From IMG/VR virus record IMGVR_UViG_3300045988_123629: a DNA stretch of 64,000 nucleotides. The stretch is one strand, 5' to 3'. The stretch comes from a virus. Under the pieces are notes generated by a model that was given only the letters and a program-made list of their open reading frames with translations, had not been told where the DNA came from and searched no databases. Shown here piece after piece: positions 37,504 through 51,165 of this stretch. Each line of letters opens with the position of its first letter. Position 1 is the stretch's first letter. A program made the position numbers and the translations under genes.

Positions 37504-37517
37504 AGGAGTGAAAAAGA

Positions 37518-39178
37518 TTGAACGTTAAGTTTTTAAAAGGTTCTCAAGCCGAATTCGAAAAAGTGGCAGGTAGATATAAACCTGGTGCATTTTATTTAGT
37601 AATTAATGATAATAAGTCCGCAGAGGATTATAAAAAACCAAGTCGTCTTTACTATGGTGTAGATGAAAATAATTGCGTTCCTGTAAATTAGGGTATTAAT
37701 GTAGTTGATACTACAGCAGGTTTACCTCAAAGTTTTAACCAAAATACAGCAGGCGAATTTTATTATGTAAAAGATAAAAATATTTTATGTATTAACAATG
37801 GTAAAGGCTGGATTCAAACAAATACTGATACTGTTTTGGATACTGATAAGAAAAATAGTAATGTGTCAGTAAATACCAGCCCTAATAATGCTAACGGGGC
37901 TTCTATAACTAATACTATTGCTGATAGTAGCGGTAATGTTATTACTGAGACTTATGATATTGTTGGTAGTGATTATATTCAAGTTGAAGTAATTCCTGCG
38001 ACCGATAATAAAGGTGTAGACACTGTTAAATTAAGTTTAAAAGGAGTTAATTATCAATTAAGTTCTTCTTTAAATAAAAAAACTTTAAATGTTAATCTAA
38101 AAAATGAAGATAAAGATGCGGGTAATTTTAATATTATTGCTGGTAGTAATGTCAATATTGCTGAAAGTTCTGCGGGTAATTATACTTTAAGTGTCGATAA
38201 AGCAGTTAATGATATTAACATAATTAATCACGCTACTGGTACTGGTTTTACTGCTTCTATTAGCGGCCCTGGCGTTGAAGGAGCTAGTAATAGCACAACT
38301 TTATCTGCTGATATTGATCCAGAAATTGCTTTAGAAGGTAAGGACGGTAGCTATAAATTTAAAGATGGTGTTTTAACTCTTCCAGTTTATAGTAAGCAAG
38401 ACATTGATAATCAGCTTAGAACGATCAATGCTATGGTTTTCCGTGGCGGATTCCAAATTAAAGATGGAGCCATTATCTATGATAGTTCTGATATTACTGA
38501 AATTGCTGAAGGTAATACCTTTATTTATACTGGCGCTGAAGATACTCTTTGGAACGGCCATTATTTACGTCCTGGGGATTTAATTATCGCTTCTGGTAAA
38601 GAGGTTGATGGAGTTATTACTAGCACTATTAACTGGACTTATGTTCCTTCTGCTGATGATCCTGTTACCGAGGTTGAAGGAGCTAAAGATGAGAGCACTA
38701 CTGGTTTTATTATTAAACTTGGTCCTACCAAAGAACTTTTAGAGTATGCTCTTAAAGGCGAAAATGGTATCACTTTAGAGACGAAAGTTATAAAAGATCC
38801 AAGTAATAACCCTACAAATTCTAAAGAAGTTACTATTAAACATAGTAATACTTTAACTGTAAATGCTCCAGTCTCTCAAGATTATGCTGATGAGTAGACT
38901 ATTGTTATCAATGAACCAACTGAAATTGATGCTCAAGGACATGTAGTAAAATCTACTCAAAAGACTTTTACAGTAAAAAATACTCATCAAGAGATTACTA
39001 ATGCAGATTATACAGTAAATGGTACTGATACTTTAATTCCTAATCTTAAAGTTGCCGGTGCTGATCTTGAAGGTAAACCACTTGTTTTCGCTAGTGACAG
39101 CTTAAAGGTTAATGTTTCTGCGGCGACTACTACTAACGATGCAAAAGTTAGTTTTGAGTTAGAGTGGGGAACATTCTA
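37518..39178 (+). CDS. tail fibre or receptor-binding protein, 553 aa
   Basis: TTG start 9 nt after aaaggag; N-terminus VKFLKGSQAEFEKV...GAFYLVIN, the same motif as 36922; only 2 TAGs; strong terminator follows. Confidence 0.5.
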
Positions 39179-39240
39179 AGGGCAATACTATTTAATAATA
39201 AATATAATTTTTTCTATTTTATATAGAAGAATGTTTTTAT

Positions 39241-39277
39241 GGGGAAAGATGAAATATTCTTTCCCCATATTTTTTTT
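39241..39277 (+). terminator. rho-independent terminator
   Basis: ggggaaagat, loop gaaata, ttctttcccc, then atatttttttt. Confidence 0.7.
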
Positions 39278-39297
39278 AGGATAGAAAGGAGTAAATT

Positions 39298-42200
39298 ATG
39301 TCTAAGATACGTTTTCGTCCTGTATAGGGTCCAGAAGAAAAGATAAAAGCATATCCACAAACTGATGGATATTTTTATGTGGCAACAGATACCGGACGAG
39401 TTTATTTAGATACAGCGACTGAGAATAAAATACCAATAGGTTCAAGTGGCGTTTAGGTAATTTATGGAACTGAAAAAGACGTCGGAATTGATTATGATGC
39501 GGATGAAAACCCAATCGGATATTCAATTCGTTTATCTAATTTATCAAGTTCTAATCCTCATGTAAATGATTTAATTTTAAATAGCGATGGAGCATTTTAT
39601 CGTATTAAAGAATTTAAATTAAATGATGATAAAGAAGAAGTCGCAAGTTGTGAAAAATTATTGGCGGGCGGTGGAAGTCAAGACCAAGAAGTCAAAGTAA
39701 ATGGTACTGTTTCTTTAACTTTAGATGGGCCTACTGATGTGCTTAATGGTGAATCAGTAAGCGTGACCGCGCTTGTAAAATGTAGAACAATAAACGGAGA
39801 ACCAGTTCTTGATTCTGTTGAAGGTACTTTAACTATTAGATAGAAAAAGAGTGATGGTTCTTGGGAAGATATTTATAGTGAAGCAAAAACTTATCAACAT
39901 AATAAACCAATTACTATTGATATTTCTGCTCATTTAAGAAAATCTTCCACACATGAAATTGAGTTTATTGTTAGTAAAAATAGTGACTCTACTAACAATC
40001 ATTTTTCTGCAACTAAGAAAACTCAATTTATAACTACTCATGAATTAACTCTTTAGTGGTAGGAAAGTAAATTTAATAATAATTTACCTTTTGATAATGG
40101 TTAGATTAATGTTACTTGGTTGATGTCTAATAAAGTAAATAGTGCTATTGAAGTTTATTTTGATAATTATTTAGTTTTAGATAAAGAATATGATAATACT
40201 AATACCAGAAATGAAGATAGTGTTACTATAATAAAGAATACAATTATTTTAAATAATAATAATGATTCTACAATAACTTTAGCAAATTATTTTCTTCATG
40301 GAGAACATACTATTAAAGCTAAACTTTATTTAGTTAACAACGGTGAAAAAGGAAATGGTACTGATTTTATTGAGAAAGAAATTGTTATTTTAGATAAAAG
40401 TAGTAAAACTCCTTTAATTTGGACTGGCGATTTTAAAACTGAATATTATACTTATGAAACTATTAAAATTCCTTTTAGAGTATATGATCCAAATGTAATA
40501 ACTGCGAAAGTTAGTTTGTATAAAAATGGTGTTTTATTAAGTACTCGTGAAATTAATGATTAGACTATATGGCAATACTGGGAAATTACTAATCTTTCTG
40601 TTAATGATAGTTCCTATTATACAATTAAAGTAGGAACTGAGCCATATGATTATTCTCGTAATTTTACTTTTACAATTAAAATAGACCCATTGAGAAATAT
40701 GGAGTTGGCTAGAAGTAATGATTTAAAAGTTAATTTTGTTGCTACTGGACGCTCTAATTCTGAGAGTAAATTAAGCCGTGAAACATTAGAAATTAATGGT
40801 AAATATGCGGAATTTAAAAACTTTAATTGGTATAATAATGGTTGGGTTTTTGATGATAATAATACTACTTGTTTAAGAGTTAGTAATGGAGCTGAAGTCT
40901 CTATTCCTATTGGATCATTATCTTTTGATAATAGTTCTTCTACTCCTACTCATAGTATTGAAATTCAATTTAAAATTAGAAATCCACAAAATTATTCTAA
41001 AGTAATTACAAAGTATACTCGTTATAAAGCAAGTGATGATTCTGGAAAATCTTGGACTGATAGAGACGCCTGGAATGCATTTAAAGATTAGTCTACTTAT
41101 ATTAATTATGATGAATTCTTAACAAAAAAATATTTACCAGAACATCCAGAAGCACCAAGTTATGATGAATTAACTTATAATGGATTAGATCAAGATTTTA
41201 ATTTAAATAATCTTGTTTGTGCTTACGGTTCTTTAAAAAATCCTTTAGGTATTTATTTTAGCCCTCAAGATGCTGTATTTACAGCTAATGGTGATGAAGA
41301 GACTGTTTCAGTTGATTTTGTAGAAGATGAAATGTTATATTTAACATTTGTTTATACAAGTTCTAAGCCTGGTCATACTGGTGGAGATTCTAAATTATTA
41401 GAAATTTTTTTAAACGGTGTTTTAACTAGTGTAGCTCGTCGTTCTGATAAATCTAGCAATTCTGCTTGGACAATTGATTCTGATGTGATTAAATTTATGT
41501 CTAATACTTGTGATATTGATATTTATAGTATTAGAGTTTATGATGCTAGCTTAACTATTCCTGACGTAGTTTAGAATTATGCTTTTGATAAAAAAGATAT
41601 TAATCAATGGGATCAAAAAGATTTATATGATTATAATACTATTTTAAACGATTACGTATTTTCTTATCGTAAAATGCTTGATTACAATACTGACCATAGT
41701 GATAAACCATTAATGCCATATATTATTTTAAAAACTACTAAAAATAATAGTGAAAGCACTGATAATAGACTTCCATACTCTAAAGAGAATGGTGCTCAAA
41801 AAGGAACTATGGAATTCGTAAATGTCCCATTAGATATTGCTTATGCTAAGGGCGAACTTGATAAAATAGTTGAAAAAGAGGGCTGGAAACCAGTAATAGA
41901 TGAAGAAACTAAGGAAATAAAATATACTGCGGTATAGAATTATTATTTACATCATTGCCCTAGCTTTATAACTCTTTTTGATAAAGCAACATTTTAGGTT
42001 TAGGGAACTTCTTCTCGTAATTACCCAAGACGTAATTATAAGGCTAAATGTAAAGAAGCTATGTTTATGAATAGAGGACCTTTTGAATCTATTTATAAAG
42101 AAGAAGAAGCAAATAATAATTTAAATACAAAAAGTAAGAGTTATCTTAAATTTTTCTATATGGATAATAATACTGTCGGTACTACTAAGTTTACTCTAAA

Positions 42201-45200
42201 AATTGATTTTATGGAATCTTCTGGAGATTATAATAGAGGATTTGCTAATTTAGTTAATGAAACTTATTCTAAGCATCCAATAGAAGATTATCAAGAGTCT
42301 TTTGACAAATATGATTTATATGGAAATGCTGATGATTATAGAACTTCTATGAAAGGATATCCTGTTTTAGCATTTCATTGGCCTTCAACTAATGACAATG
42401 AATATAGTGAAAACGATATTATTTATATTGGAAAATATAATATGTTATTAGATAAGGGGTCTGATGAATGTTTTGGATTTAAACCTGATAAAAAGGTTTT
42501 ATAGAATCAAATTAATGGAACTCCAAAAGTAAGAGATATTGCTGAATGTTGGGAATTTTAGAATAATTCAAGAACATATTGTTCTTTCCGTGACCCTTGG
42601 AATAGATATAAATTATCTTTTAGACCTCCATTAATGGATGATAAAAATTCAACAGGTTACTTAACTTCTGGCGGAGCTCCAATAGTTGCTGACTCTTTTG
42701 AAGTTAGATATAACTCTAATGATGATTTAATCACAGACCAATTATTTAAGTGCATTTCAGCGGAAGCTACCGACGCGGACAAGATAATTGAATTTACTGA
42801 CGCAATAAATAATACAGTTCCCAATAGATTAAAATCAGAAACCATTATTGATAATTCTACTGGTATTAAACATAAACAATGGACTATTACTAATCCAGGA
42901 CAAAATCCTATCATCTTTGATATGAAGAATAGAAATACTTCTCGTGAATTACTTCTTGCATTAATGTCAAATTGGGAAGATGCCGTAAGTTGGGTTTGGA
43001 GTACTTGTTTAGATTGTAGCATTGATTTTGATGGAGTTTTATATGAAGTTCCTTCAATGGGTCAATATGAGAAAATAGATTTAGCTGAAGCCAAGTATGA
43101 GCCAAATAAATATTATCTATTTGATAAAGTTGATGAAAATGGTAGCGAAACTTATAAAATTGCCACTGAAGATTTTAATTTAGAAGAAAAATATTATATT
43201 TATAATAAAGATAGTAAAGTTTATAGTATAATTAAATTAACTGATGATGATAATAAAGTTTATTAGATAAATAAATACTATATTTTATAGAATTAGGATA
43301 ATAAAATTTATATCTTAGATTCTGAAAAATATAATCCTTATACAACTTATTATTCTTTTATTGAAGATGAAAGCCAAATTGATGATAGATGGTTATTACC
43401 TACACCGATAATTTATAACTCAATTACTTACCATAAAGATAGTAAGGAATATCGTCAAGCTAAATTTAAAAATGAGTTAAGCAATTATTTTAATATTGAA
43501 TATTTAGCTACTTATTTTTTAATGACTGAGATTTTTGAATGTTATGACTCTCGTGGTAAAAATGCAATGTTTGCTTCTTGGGGTCCTCAAAAAGGAAATA
43601 TTGAAAAAACCACTGGAATTCAACATTATATTTGGTATCCTATTTTTTATGATATTGATACTCAATTAGGCATTAATAATACTGGTATTCCATCATTTGA
43701 ATATTATGTTGATGCTACTGAAGATGGTAGTTATTCTACTAATGATAGCGTATTATGGAATAATTTCTATACTTTTTTTAAGAGTAAAATTATTGATAAA
43801 TACAAGCAATTAATGGGTAAGCCAAATGGATCTTATGATTAGAGTCAAGTAAAACAAATTTTTAAGAAAGAGTCTGGAACTTCCTCTAAAAAAAGTGATG
43901 TTGTTGATAAATGGTATAAAACAGATCCTTCTTTATTCCCAGGTAGTTATGCTGTATAGGGAGAGCGTCCTATTATTGCTTTAAATTTAGATGAAGAATA
44001 TAAATATATTATTCCAACTAATTCAGCAGCCAAGGATACTATTTTTGGTCGTATTACTAATGGTGGTTAGTACGAAGTAGAAACTGATTAGTATTTTTAT
44101 GCTTTATAGGGTGACCGCAATCTTTATCGTTCTCAATTTTTAACTAATCGTCTTAATTATATTGACTCTTGGTTAACCGTAGATGAATATTCTGGAGATA
44201 GTGGTAGTAATAATATTATAAGTCGTATTTCTGCTAACAATCCGAATACTACATCTGATGAATGGATTGAAGGAACTAATAATCAAGGCTTAACTAATTT
44301 AATAACTAATTCTCAATATTGGAAAAATGGTACTGAATTTGGTACTAAAAATCATATGTTTGATGGTGAGTATTGGATTAAGATGGAACCCGCGCGTCGT
44401 TCTTATGTTACTGTTGGAACTGATGGAGCAAACTTCCCATCTTAGAAATATGATGGTTTAACTCCTGTTAGATTTACCGCCCCAGATCTAAAGAAAGGTA
44501 TTATGTCAAGTGGTAATTATCGTGAACAATTATATTATATTTATGGCTTAGAATAGATGAAATCTCTTGGAGATTTAAGTAAATTATATTTCCAAGAATT
44601 ATTTATTAGAGGTAAGGCTAATAAATTAGTAGATTTGTTATTAGGATATGATGGTCTTTCTGAAGAAGGAAAAGAATATAAAAATAATGACGTAAATAAT
44701 TGGAGTTATCCTAGTGAGGGTATGCCTTTATTGAAAGAAATGAATCTTTGTAATATTAGATTTTTAAATCCAGTAGCTTTAGATTTAACTAAAAGCGAAA
44801 AATTAGAAAACTTTAGAAATACTGGTTCTAATGTTACTAAAGTGTAGTTTGCAGAAGGTGTCGCGTTAAATACTTTGTATTTAACTGATTATACAAATTA
44901 TTTAAGTTTAATAGAAGCAAATCTTTTAACTAAGTTAGTTACTAAATATGTATATCCTACAGTTAATTCTATCACTAATCGTCTTGAAGTCGCAGAAGAA
45001 AATAAAGGATTGTATATTAAGAATTTAACTGATGCTGAAGATAATGCAATTACAACAAGTATAAAAACTTTTGATATCCGTGGTGGTAATCTAGATTATT
45101 ATTCTTACGAATTATTAAGACGTTATTATCTTGGGTGTGAAAAGAGTAATTTAATTGGATGCGAAGTTAATTTAACTAATGTTCAATGGAGTCCTTATAG

Positions 45201-47001
45201 ATTATTAAATGATGATAAAACAAAGTTAGATAGTGTTAATATTGAATATTATAAAGATAATGGACATTTCCAATTAGAAAAAATTAACGCGGAAGATATA
45301 AGTAAAATTACTCCAAGTGAAATAAAAAATAATTTAATTTATTATTATGATAATAGTGTAAATGGATATAATGATATTCACAATAAAATTATTGATTATA
45401 CTTTATTACGTAGTTTATATGATAAAGCTCCTGTTTATTTCAAAGGCATTAATTAGACTTATCCTAATATAACTGGCATTATTTATATTGAAAATACCCA
45501 AGAGATAGAAGAACACATAATTCAAGAAGAGCTATAGAGTATTTATCCTAATTTAACTATTTTTGTAAAAAATGTTAAGAAAGAGTATTCTGCTAAGTTT
45601 GTCCTTGAGCAAGAAGACGCGAATGGAGTGTTAACTCAAGAAATTTTAAAGACTTAGAAGTTACCTTTATCAAGCTCTAAGTTTTTTGATAATCCTACAG
45701 ATTCTTCAAGTGAAACTTATATTTCTTTTGGTAGTTTACAAGAAAAAATGCCAACCTATAATTTTAAAGGTTGGGAAGACGATACTGGTGAATTAGTAAT
45801 TACAGTTGGAAAAGATGTAAATGAAAAAGATATTGTTTTAAAAGATAATTGGGATTCTTTATCTTTGCGATCTGATAAAATAGATTATATTTTTAAAGCG
45901 AGATTTGAGCGTAAATCTTATACAATTACTTTTGTTAATGGCGATCGTGTTATTGATGATTCAACTGTAAAGAAAGTATTTAATTATGGTGAAAGGATTA
46001 CTGTTCCAGAAGAATTTTATTATTTTAATAATACAGAAGTATCTGATTTACCAGAAGGCGAAGACCCATTAGAATGGACTTGGAGATAGACGGGATGGGC
46101 GGATAAAGATGGAGTTAAAATTGATTTAACTAAACAACTAGCCTATGCTGACCGCGAATTCTATGCTATTGGAGAACCCATTAGTGTTTATAATAATATT
46201 TTAACTAATGATTCTACTCATAAATATTATGATATTATAAACTCTGATGGAGAATTATCATTTGCAATGACTGACTTAGCTAAGAATTTAAAAGGCAAAA
46301 TTACTTTACCTACAACTTATAATGGTTAGCCAATTACAAGAATTAAATATAGCCAAGTTAACCCCTCAGCAGCAGTTGGTATACAAGTAAATCCTAATAT
46401 TACTGCTATATTCTTTGCTCCAAAAGATAGTAATAAAATTTCTGTAATAGATGATTATGCCTTTATTTTAGATAGTGGATTAGAATATTTTTAGTTCAGT
46501 GATTGTTTAAAGAAAATTGGCATTAAGGCATTTTATCAATGTCCTTTAAGTCGTAATAATATAATTCCTTATTCTTCTTCTACGGAAGGTTTGACTTTTG
46601 GAGCTCAAGCATTCTATCAAAGTAAGATGGGGTCTTATTCTCCTTATAATTTAATTATAGAGGGATGTAAAGATGGTATTCTTAACTTTGATGTAAATGC
46701 ATTCTCTGGTTAGACAATTTTAAATATGTCTGGTAATTAGTTTAAGGGTTATACTGGTGCTATTCAAGTATAGATTGGCACTAATAAACATCCAATTAAA
46801 TAGATTACAGCAGATAGTTCTGGTAATATTTTTACCCCTCGTCAAACAGGTATGCCTACTGTTGCCAATGGATATACAGGTCGTTTTAGATATTATTATG
46901 TTGCTAGTTATGGTGAAAGTGTTAAGAATACTTTACATAGAATTTATGAAGCAATGATATCTAATAGAGCAAACTTTGAAGAAGAACCTATTGTAAAGTG
47001 A
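39298..47001 (+). CDS. giant 2567-aa fibre or host-interaction protein with C-terminal BspA-type leucine-rich repeat region
   Basis: Twelve ORF-track fragments (39661, 40120, 40690, 41332, 41674, 42061, 42634, 43522, 44557, 44875, 45748 and others) share one frame from the ATG at 39298 to the TGA at 46999-47001 and are separated only by TAGs; N-terminus RFRPVQG...YFYVATDTGRVYLDT matches the fibre anchor motif; 46090-47001 has LRR_5-like repeats (IFFAPKDSNKISVIDDYAFILDSGLEYFQFSDCLKKIGIKAFYQC). Confidence 0.6.
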
Positions 47002-47010
47002 GGATAAAAT

Positions 47011-47211
47011 ATGGAAAAAGAAATTGTTTATAGATATACGGGTTCTAATGGCATTATTGAATCTTCTATATAGTTAGTAGGAGTGCCTGCGACTAAATTA
47101 TATAGATTAATTGCGGATTATAATAAAAAATTAACGAGAGATGGAAAAGAATTCTTTTCCATCTCTCCCTTAGTTCCCGAGAATGAATTAGAAGAATGGT
47201 ATGAGGTTTAA
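47011..47211 (+). CDS. small 66-aa protein downstream of the giant gene, possibly a fibre assembly factor
   Basis: RBS tgaggataaaatATG; one TAG; TAA then terminator. Confidence 0.35.
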
Positions 47212-47249
47212 ATAGGCCAGAATACATTGATTTAAATATAAAAAAAATT

Positions 47250-47289
47250 AGGTTAAATAGGAAAAGAAACTATTTAACCTAATTTTTTT
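47250..47289 (+). terminator. rho-independent terminator
   Basis: aggttaaatag, loop gaaaagaaa, ctatttaacct, then aattttttt. Confidence 0.65.
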
Positions 47290-47307
47290 AGAAAGGAAGA
47301 GATAGAT

Positions 47308-48993
47308 TTGATAGTTAAAAATGATAGCGTTATCGAACAAGCTAAATGGGAAGAACTTCAAAAGAAAATCAATACTTTAGCTAAAGATAATAAAATAAAA
47401 AACGTTAATGGAAAAATCGTTGAAATAAAATCTATTGAAGACTATTATAGTAACATCACTGGTATCGTTCAAATGAAGAAATTAGATCCATCTGTTCTTC
47501 GTATACCTTTAGATGAGCCTATTATAAATATAAATGCTGATACTCGTCAAATTGAATTAACTAAAGAATTTGGAAAAACTCAATTACTTACTGTTGAAAA
47601 TGATCATTTGGCAGAAACAATTTATTTTCAAATTGATAGATATTTTGATTTACAAGATTTAGCAGCTGATGATATTAAAATTTATATTCAGTATTATTTA
47701 AACGATCAAGTTCAAGGTTATTCTGAAGCTATTTGTCCTGATATCGGGACTGCTGGAAAATTGATTTTTGGATGGCAAATTAGTGATGAAGTGACTAGTG
47801 AATCTGGTACTTTATAGTTTTCTATTATTTTCTTTAAAAAGAATCCAAAAGATAATAATAATTTAATGTATGTATTTAATACATTACCTGCGCAAATGGT
47901 TATTAATAAAACTTTAGATATTGATGAAGATTTAGTCACTGCGCAACCGGTTGATTATTTAACTGGGTATTTAGAAAGTTTAATTGATTCAAAGAAATCC
48001 GCGGGCTTTGGAGTTCCTGATAATGTGGCTTTCTTGACAAGTATTTTAAATAATAAATCAGTTTATTTAACTGGCGATAAATTATATGCTTTAGCTTATA
48101 ATGATACTTTAAACAATCCAGATAATACTACTATTGAATATAAATGGATTTGTAACTATAGAGGAACTAATACTGAATTAAAAAATGGTATCGGCTATGA
48201 ATACAAAAAAATTGTTGATGATAATAGTATTTTTAGTGGAGATATGATTTATAATGAAAAATTAACCTATTTTACTAAAAATGGAGATACTTATATTAAT
48301 AGTAGTAGTGATATTAATCTTGAAAATTACGCTGCTAAAAAGAATGATCTCTATTTAAAAGTTTAGTATTGCGAAGTCGATGGATGCGGAAGTTATAGTG
48401 TGACAGCATTTGGTGCTACTGCAAATCAAGTAAGTAAAGAAGTTAAATGGGCTGGATTAGCTATTTCTGTTGAAGGAATTAGTGAAGATTTTAGAATTGT
48501 TCTTGATCCTTCTCCTGACAATGGATGTTATTATGGTTCTTCTAATATAATTACTGCTACTGGATAGAATGATGAAGGAGTTCAATGCACTTACCTTTGG
48601 ACGAAGAATGGATCTGAATTCAGCACTGAAAAAACTGTAACTTTAACTCAAGAAGATAATTATACTTTAACTGTTCATGGATATAAAAATAAAGATAATA
48701 TAGATTATGGTCCAATTAATTTTACTAATTATTTTGATCCAACTAATTTAAGACCTACTATTGAAAATGATAAAGCAGTAATTGAAAATGAAAAATATAT
48801 TGTTAAGGTCACTAATACTAGTGAATTAGGTAATGGTATTTATGAATATCAATGGAAAAATGCAACTGGAGTTACTTTAAAGACAACTTCTGAAAACTCA
48901 ACAGAAATAGATGAAAATATTACTCAAGGAGCTGTAATTATCAAGAAAGGTGAAAGAAAATCACAACCAGGAACCTTTAAGATTGAGGGGTAA
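47308..48993 (+). CDS. hypothetical tail or baseplate protein, 561 aa (paralog of 48999-49619 in its N-terminal part)
   Basis: TTG start after gaaaggaag; ORFs 47308 and 47866 are in the same frame across TAGs to the TAA at 48991. Confidence 0.45.
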
Positions 48994-48998
48994 GATAA

Positions 48999-49619
48999 AT
49001 GATAACTAATCCAACTGATTATTATAGCGTTTTACATCAAATACAAGATGAAAATTTTCCAGTAAAATATCCAGCTCTTCCTGCTCCAGAAGATGAAAAA
49101 TTAGTTTAGGTAAATTTAAATTCAAGGATTATTAGTAATGAAAATAATTATATTACAGTTGAAGGCGACCATGCTGCTGAAATTATTTATTTTGAAATAG
49201 ATAGATATTTTGATACCATGGATTTAACTAATATGATGTGTATTATTTAGTATATTAATGCTGATAATGAAAAACGCATTTATCCAGTTCCATATTATGA
49301 TACTTTAACTCATAAAGATAAAATTATTTTTCCTTGGGTTTTAAATTATAGTGCTACTAAAAAATCTGGCAATTTAAATTATATGATAACTTTTTATAAA
49401 ATAGAAAAAGATTCTAATAATTTATTATATAATTTAAACACATTGCCAGCAAGTCTTTAGGTTTATTCTAAACTTAATTTAGATTCTATTGTAAAAGAAG
49501 AAGATTATTATGTAATTGATGATAGCCAAGTAGTCCAACAAATTTGGGAGCGTTTAGCTCGTTTAGAAGGATTTGTTGGTGGTAATGGGTTGGATGTTTA
49601 TTGGATTGTTCTTGAATAA
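48999..49619 (+). CDS. hypothetical protein, 206 aa, paralogous to the N-terminal region of 47308-48993
   Basis: Shared colinear blocks: VEGDHAAEIIYFEIDRYFDTMDL with VENDHLAETIYFQIDRYFDLQDL, and NLLYNLNTLPASL with NLMYVFNTLPAQM; 4 in-frame TAGs. Confidence 0.45.
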
Positions 49620-49626
49620 ATAAACT

Positions 49627-49665
49627 AAATGGTATAGAATTATTAATTAATTCTATACCATTAAT
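49627..49665 (+). repeat. perfect AT-rich palindrome, possibly a weak terminator
   Basis: aatggtatagaatta, centre ttaat, then taattctataccatt. Confidence 0.4.
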
Positions 49666-49691
49666 TTATAGAAAGGAGTTATTGAAGATCG

Positions 49692-50720
49692 ATGGCTCTA
49701 TTTAAAATTTTAAAAGGAAACTCAGACAGATTAGTCACCTATAATGCAGAAACAATTAATGGGAAAATACCTTTTCCATCTTTGGATTCTGGAAAAACTT
49801 TATTTACAACAGTAGATGATACTACCCCTATTACAGAAGGGTATGCCTATTTTACAGAAGATACTCATAAATTTTATATTGATACGGCAAACAAAAGATT
49901 AAATTTATATACTGACCATGCGGATTATGCTACTTATGATGAGAATGGACGTAATTTAGCGGAATTGTCAGAAGTATCTTATGAAAATATCGATGATACT
50001 GGAAGTAAAATTGGTACAATAAATATTAATGGAATTGAATATAATGTTACTTGTCCGGCAGATATAGTGAGTAAACCTGTAAATAAATATGTGTTTACAG
50101 CAAAAGCAAACTAGAATACATTTACAATTCCTTTCGATTTTGATGATAGCAGTGCTTTAACTTTATATTATAATGGTATTATGTTAAAAGAAACAGATCA
50201 TTATACTATTAAAGGAAAAGTTATTACTTTAAATGGATGGACTAGTGAAGCTGATGATTATCTTGCGGTTATGGGTATTGAAGGAGCTGCTGCTATTAAT
50301 GTAGATGAAAAAGTTGCTTAGATTTAGGAAGCAATAGATAACGCTGAAGTAACTATTAATAATAAAGTAAGTAGTGCTATTAAACAAATTGACGATAAAT
50401 TAGCAACTGTTCCTGACGATGTAACACAAGCAGTATATAAAAATAAATCTAATATAATGACTGCTGATGGTAGAATTACGATGGATAGTAGTTATGTTCC
50501 TACGGCTGATATGGAATTAGCTACTAAAAAATATGTTGATAATGCTACTCCTCCTACGGTTGGAACTACTACTGATTATTCTATTTATATTGGATCTACA
50601 CAACCTGCTTCGGGGACCGCGCCTTTAGTATGGATAGATACAACTGCCAAAACTGGCACTTTTAAATATAGAACTTCTACCACGGGTACTTGGACACCTG
50701 TTCCTGTAGCTTGGATTTAA
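49692..50720 (+). CDS. fibre-like protein, 342 aa, with anchor-motif N-terminus
   Basis: ORFs 49692 and 50457 are in the same frame across 3 TAGs; N-terminus FKILKGNSDRL resembles the KF(L/V)(K/R)G(S/N) motif of 36922 and 37518. Confidence 0.45.
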
Positions 50721-50754
50721 TATAAATTTATTGTAAGAAAAAGGAGATAATATT

Positions 50755-51165
50755 ATGGATCAAAATTTAATTAATCAATTATTCCAAGTATGTTTGATTC
50801 CTATGCTTGGCGCTTTAACTACTTTTATAGTTATTTGGATTAAAGCAAAAAGCGCGGAATTACAAAAGAAAACTAATAATGATATTTTAAATAAATATGT
50901 GCAAATGGCTACTGACACAATTACTAACTGTGTTATTGCCACTAATCAAACTTATGTAAATTCTCTTAAAGAACAAGGTAAGTTTGATGAAGCTGCTCAA
51001 AAAGAAGCATTTTAGAGAACTTATCAAGCAGTATTGCTTATTTTAAGTGATGATGCTAAAGAGTATTTAAATAATGCTTTTGGTGATTTGAATAAATATT
51101 TACAAGAGAAAATTGAGTCTACAGTAAATAATTATCGTACTCCAAGTAATGATTTAAAACAATAA
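50755..51165 (+). CDS. putative holin (LL-H-like), 136 aa
   Basis: RBS aaaaaggagataatattATG; N-terminal transmembrane helix LIPMLGALTTFIVIWI followed by a charged amphipathic region (QTYVNSLKEQGKFDEAAQKEAF...); one TAG; last gene before the bidirectional terminator. Confidence 0.5.
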
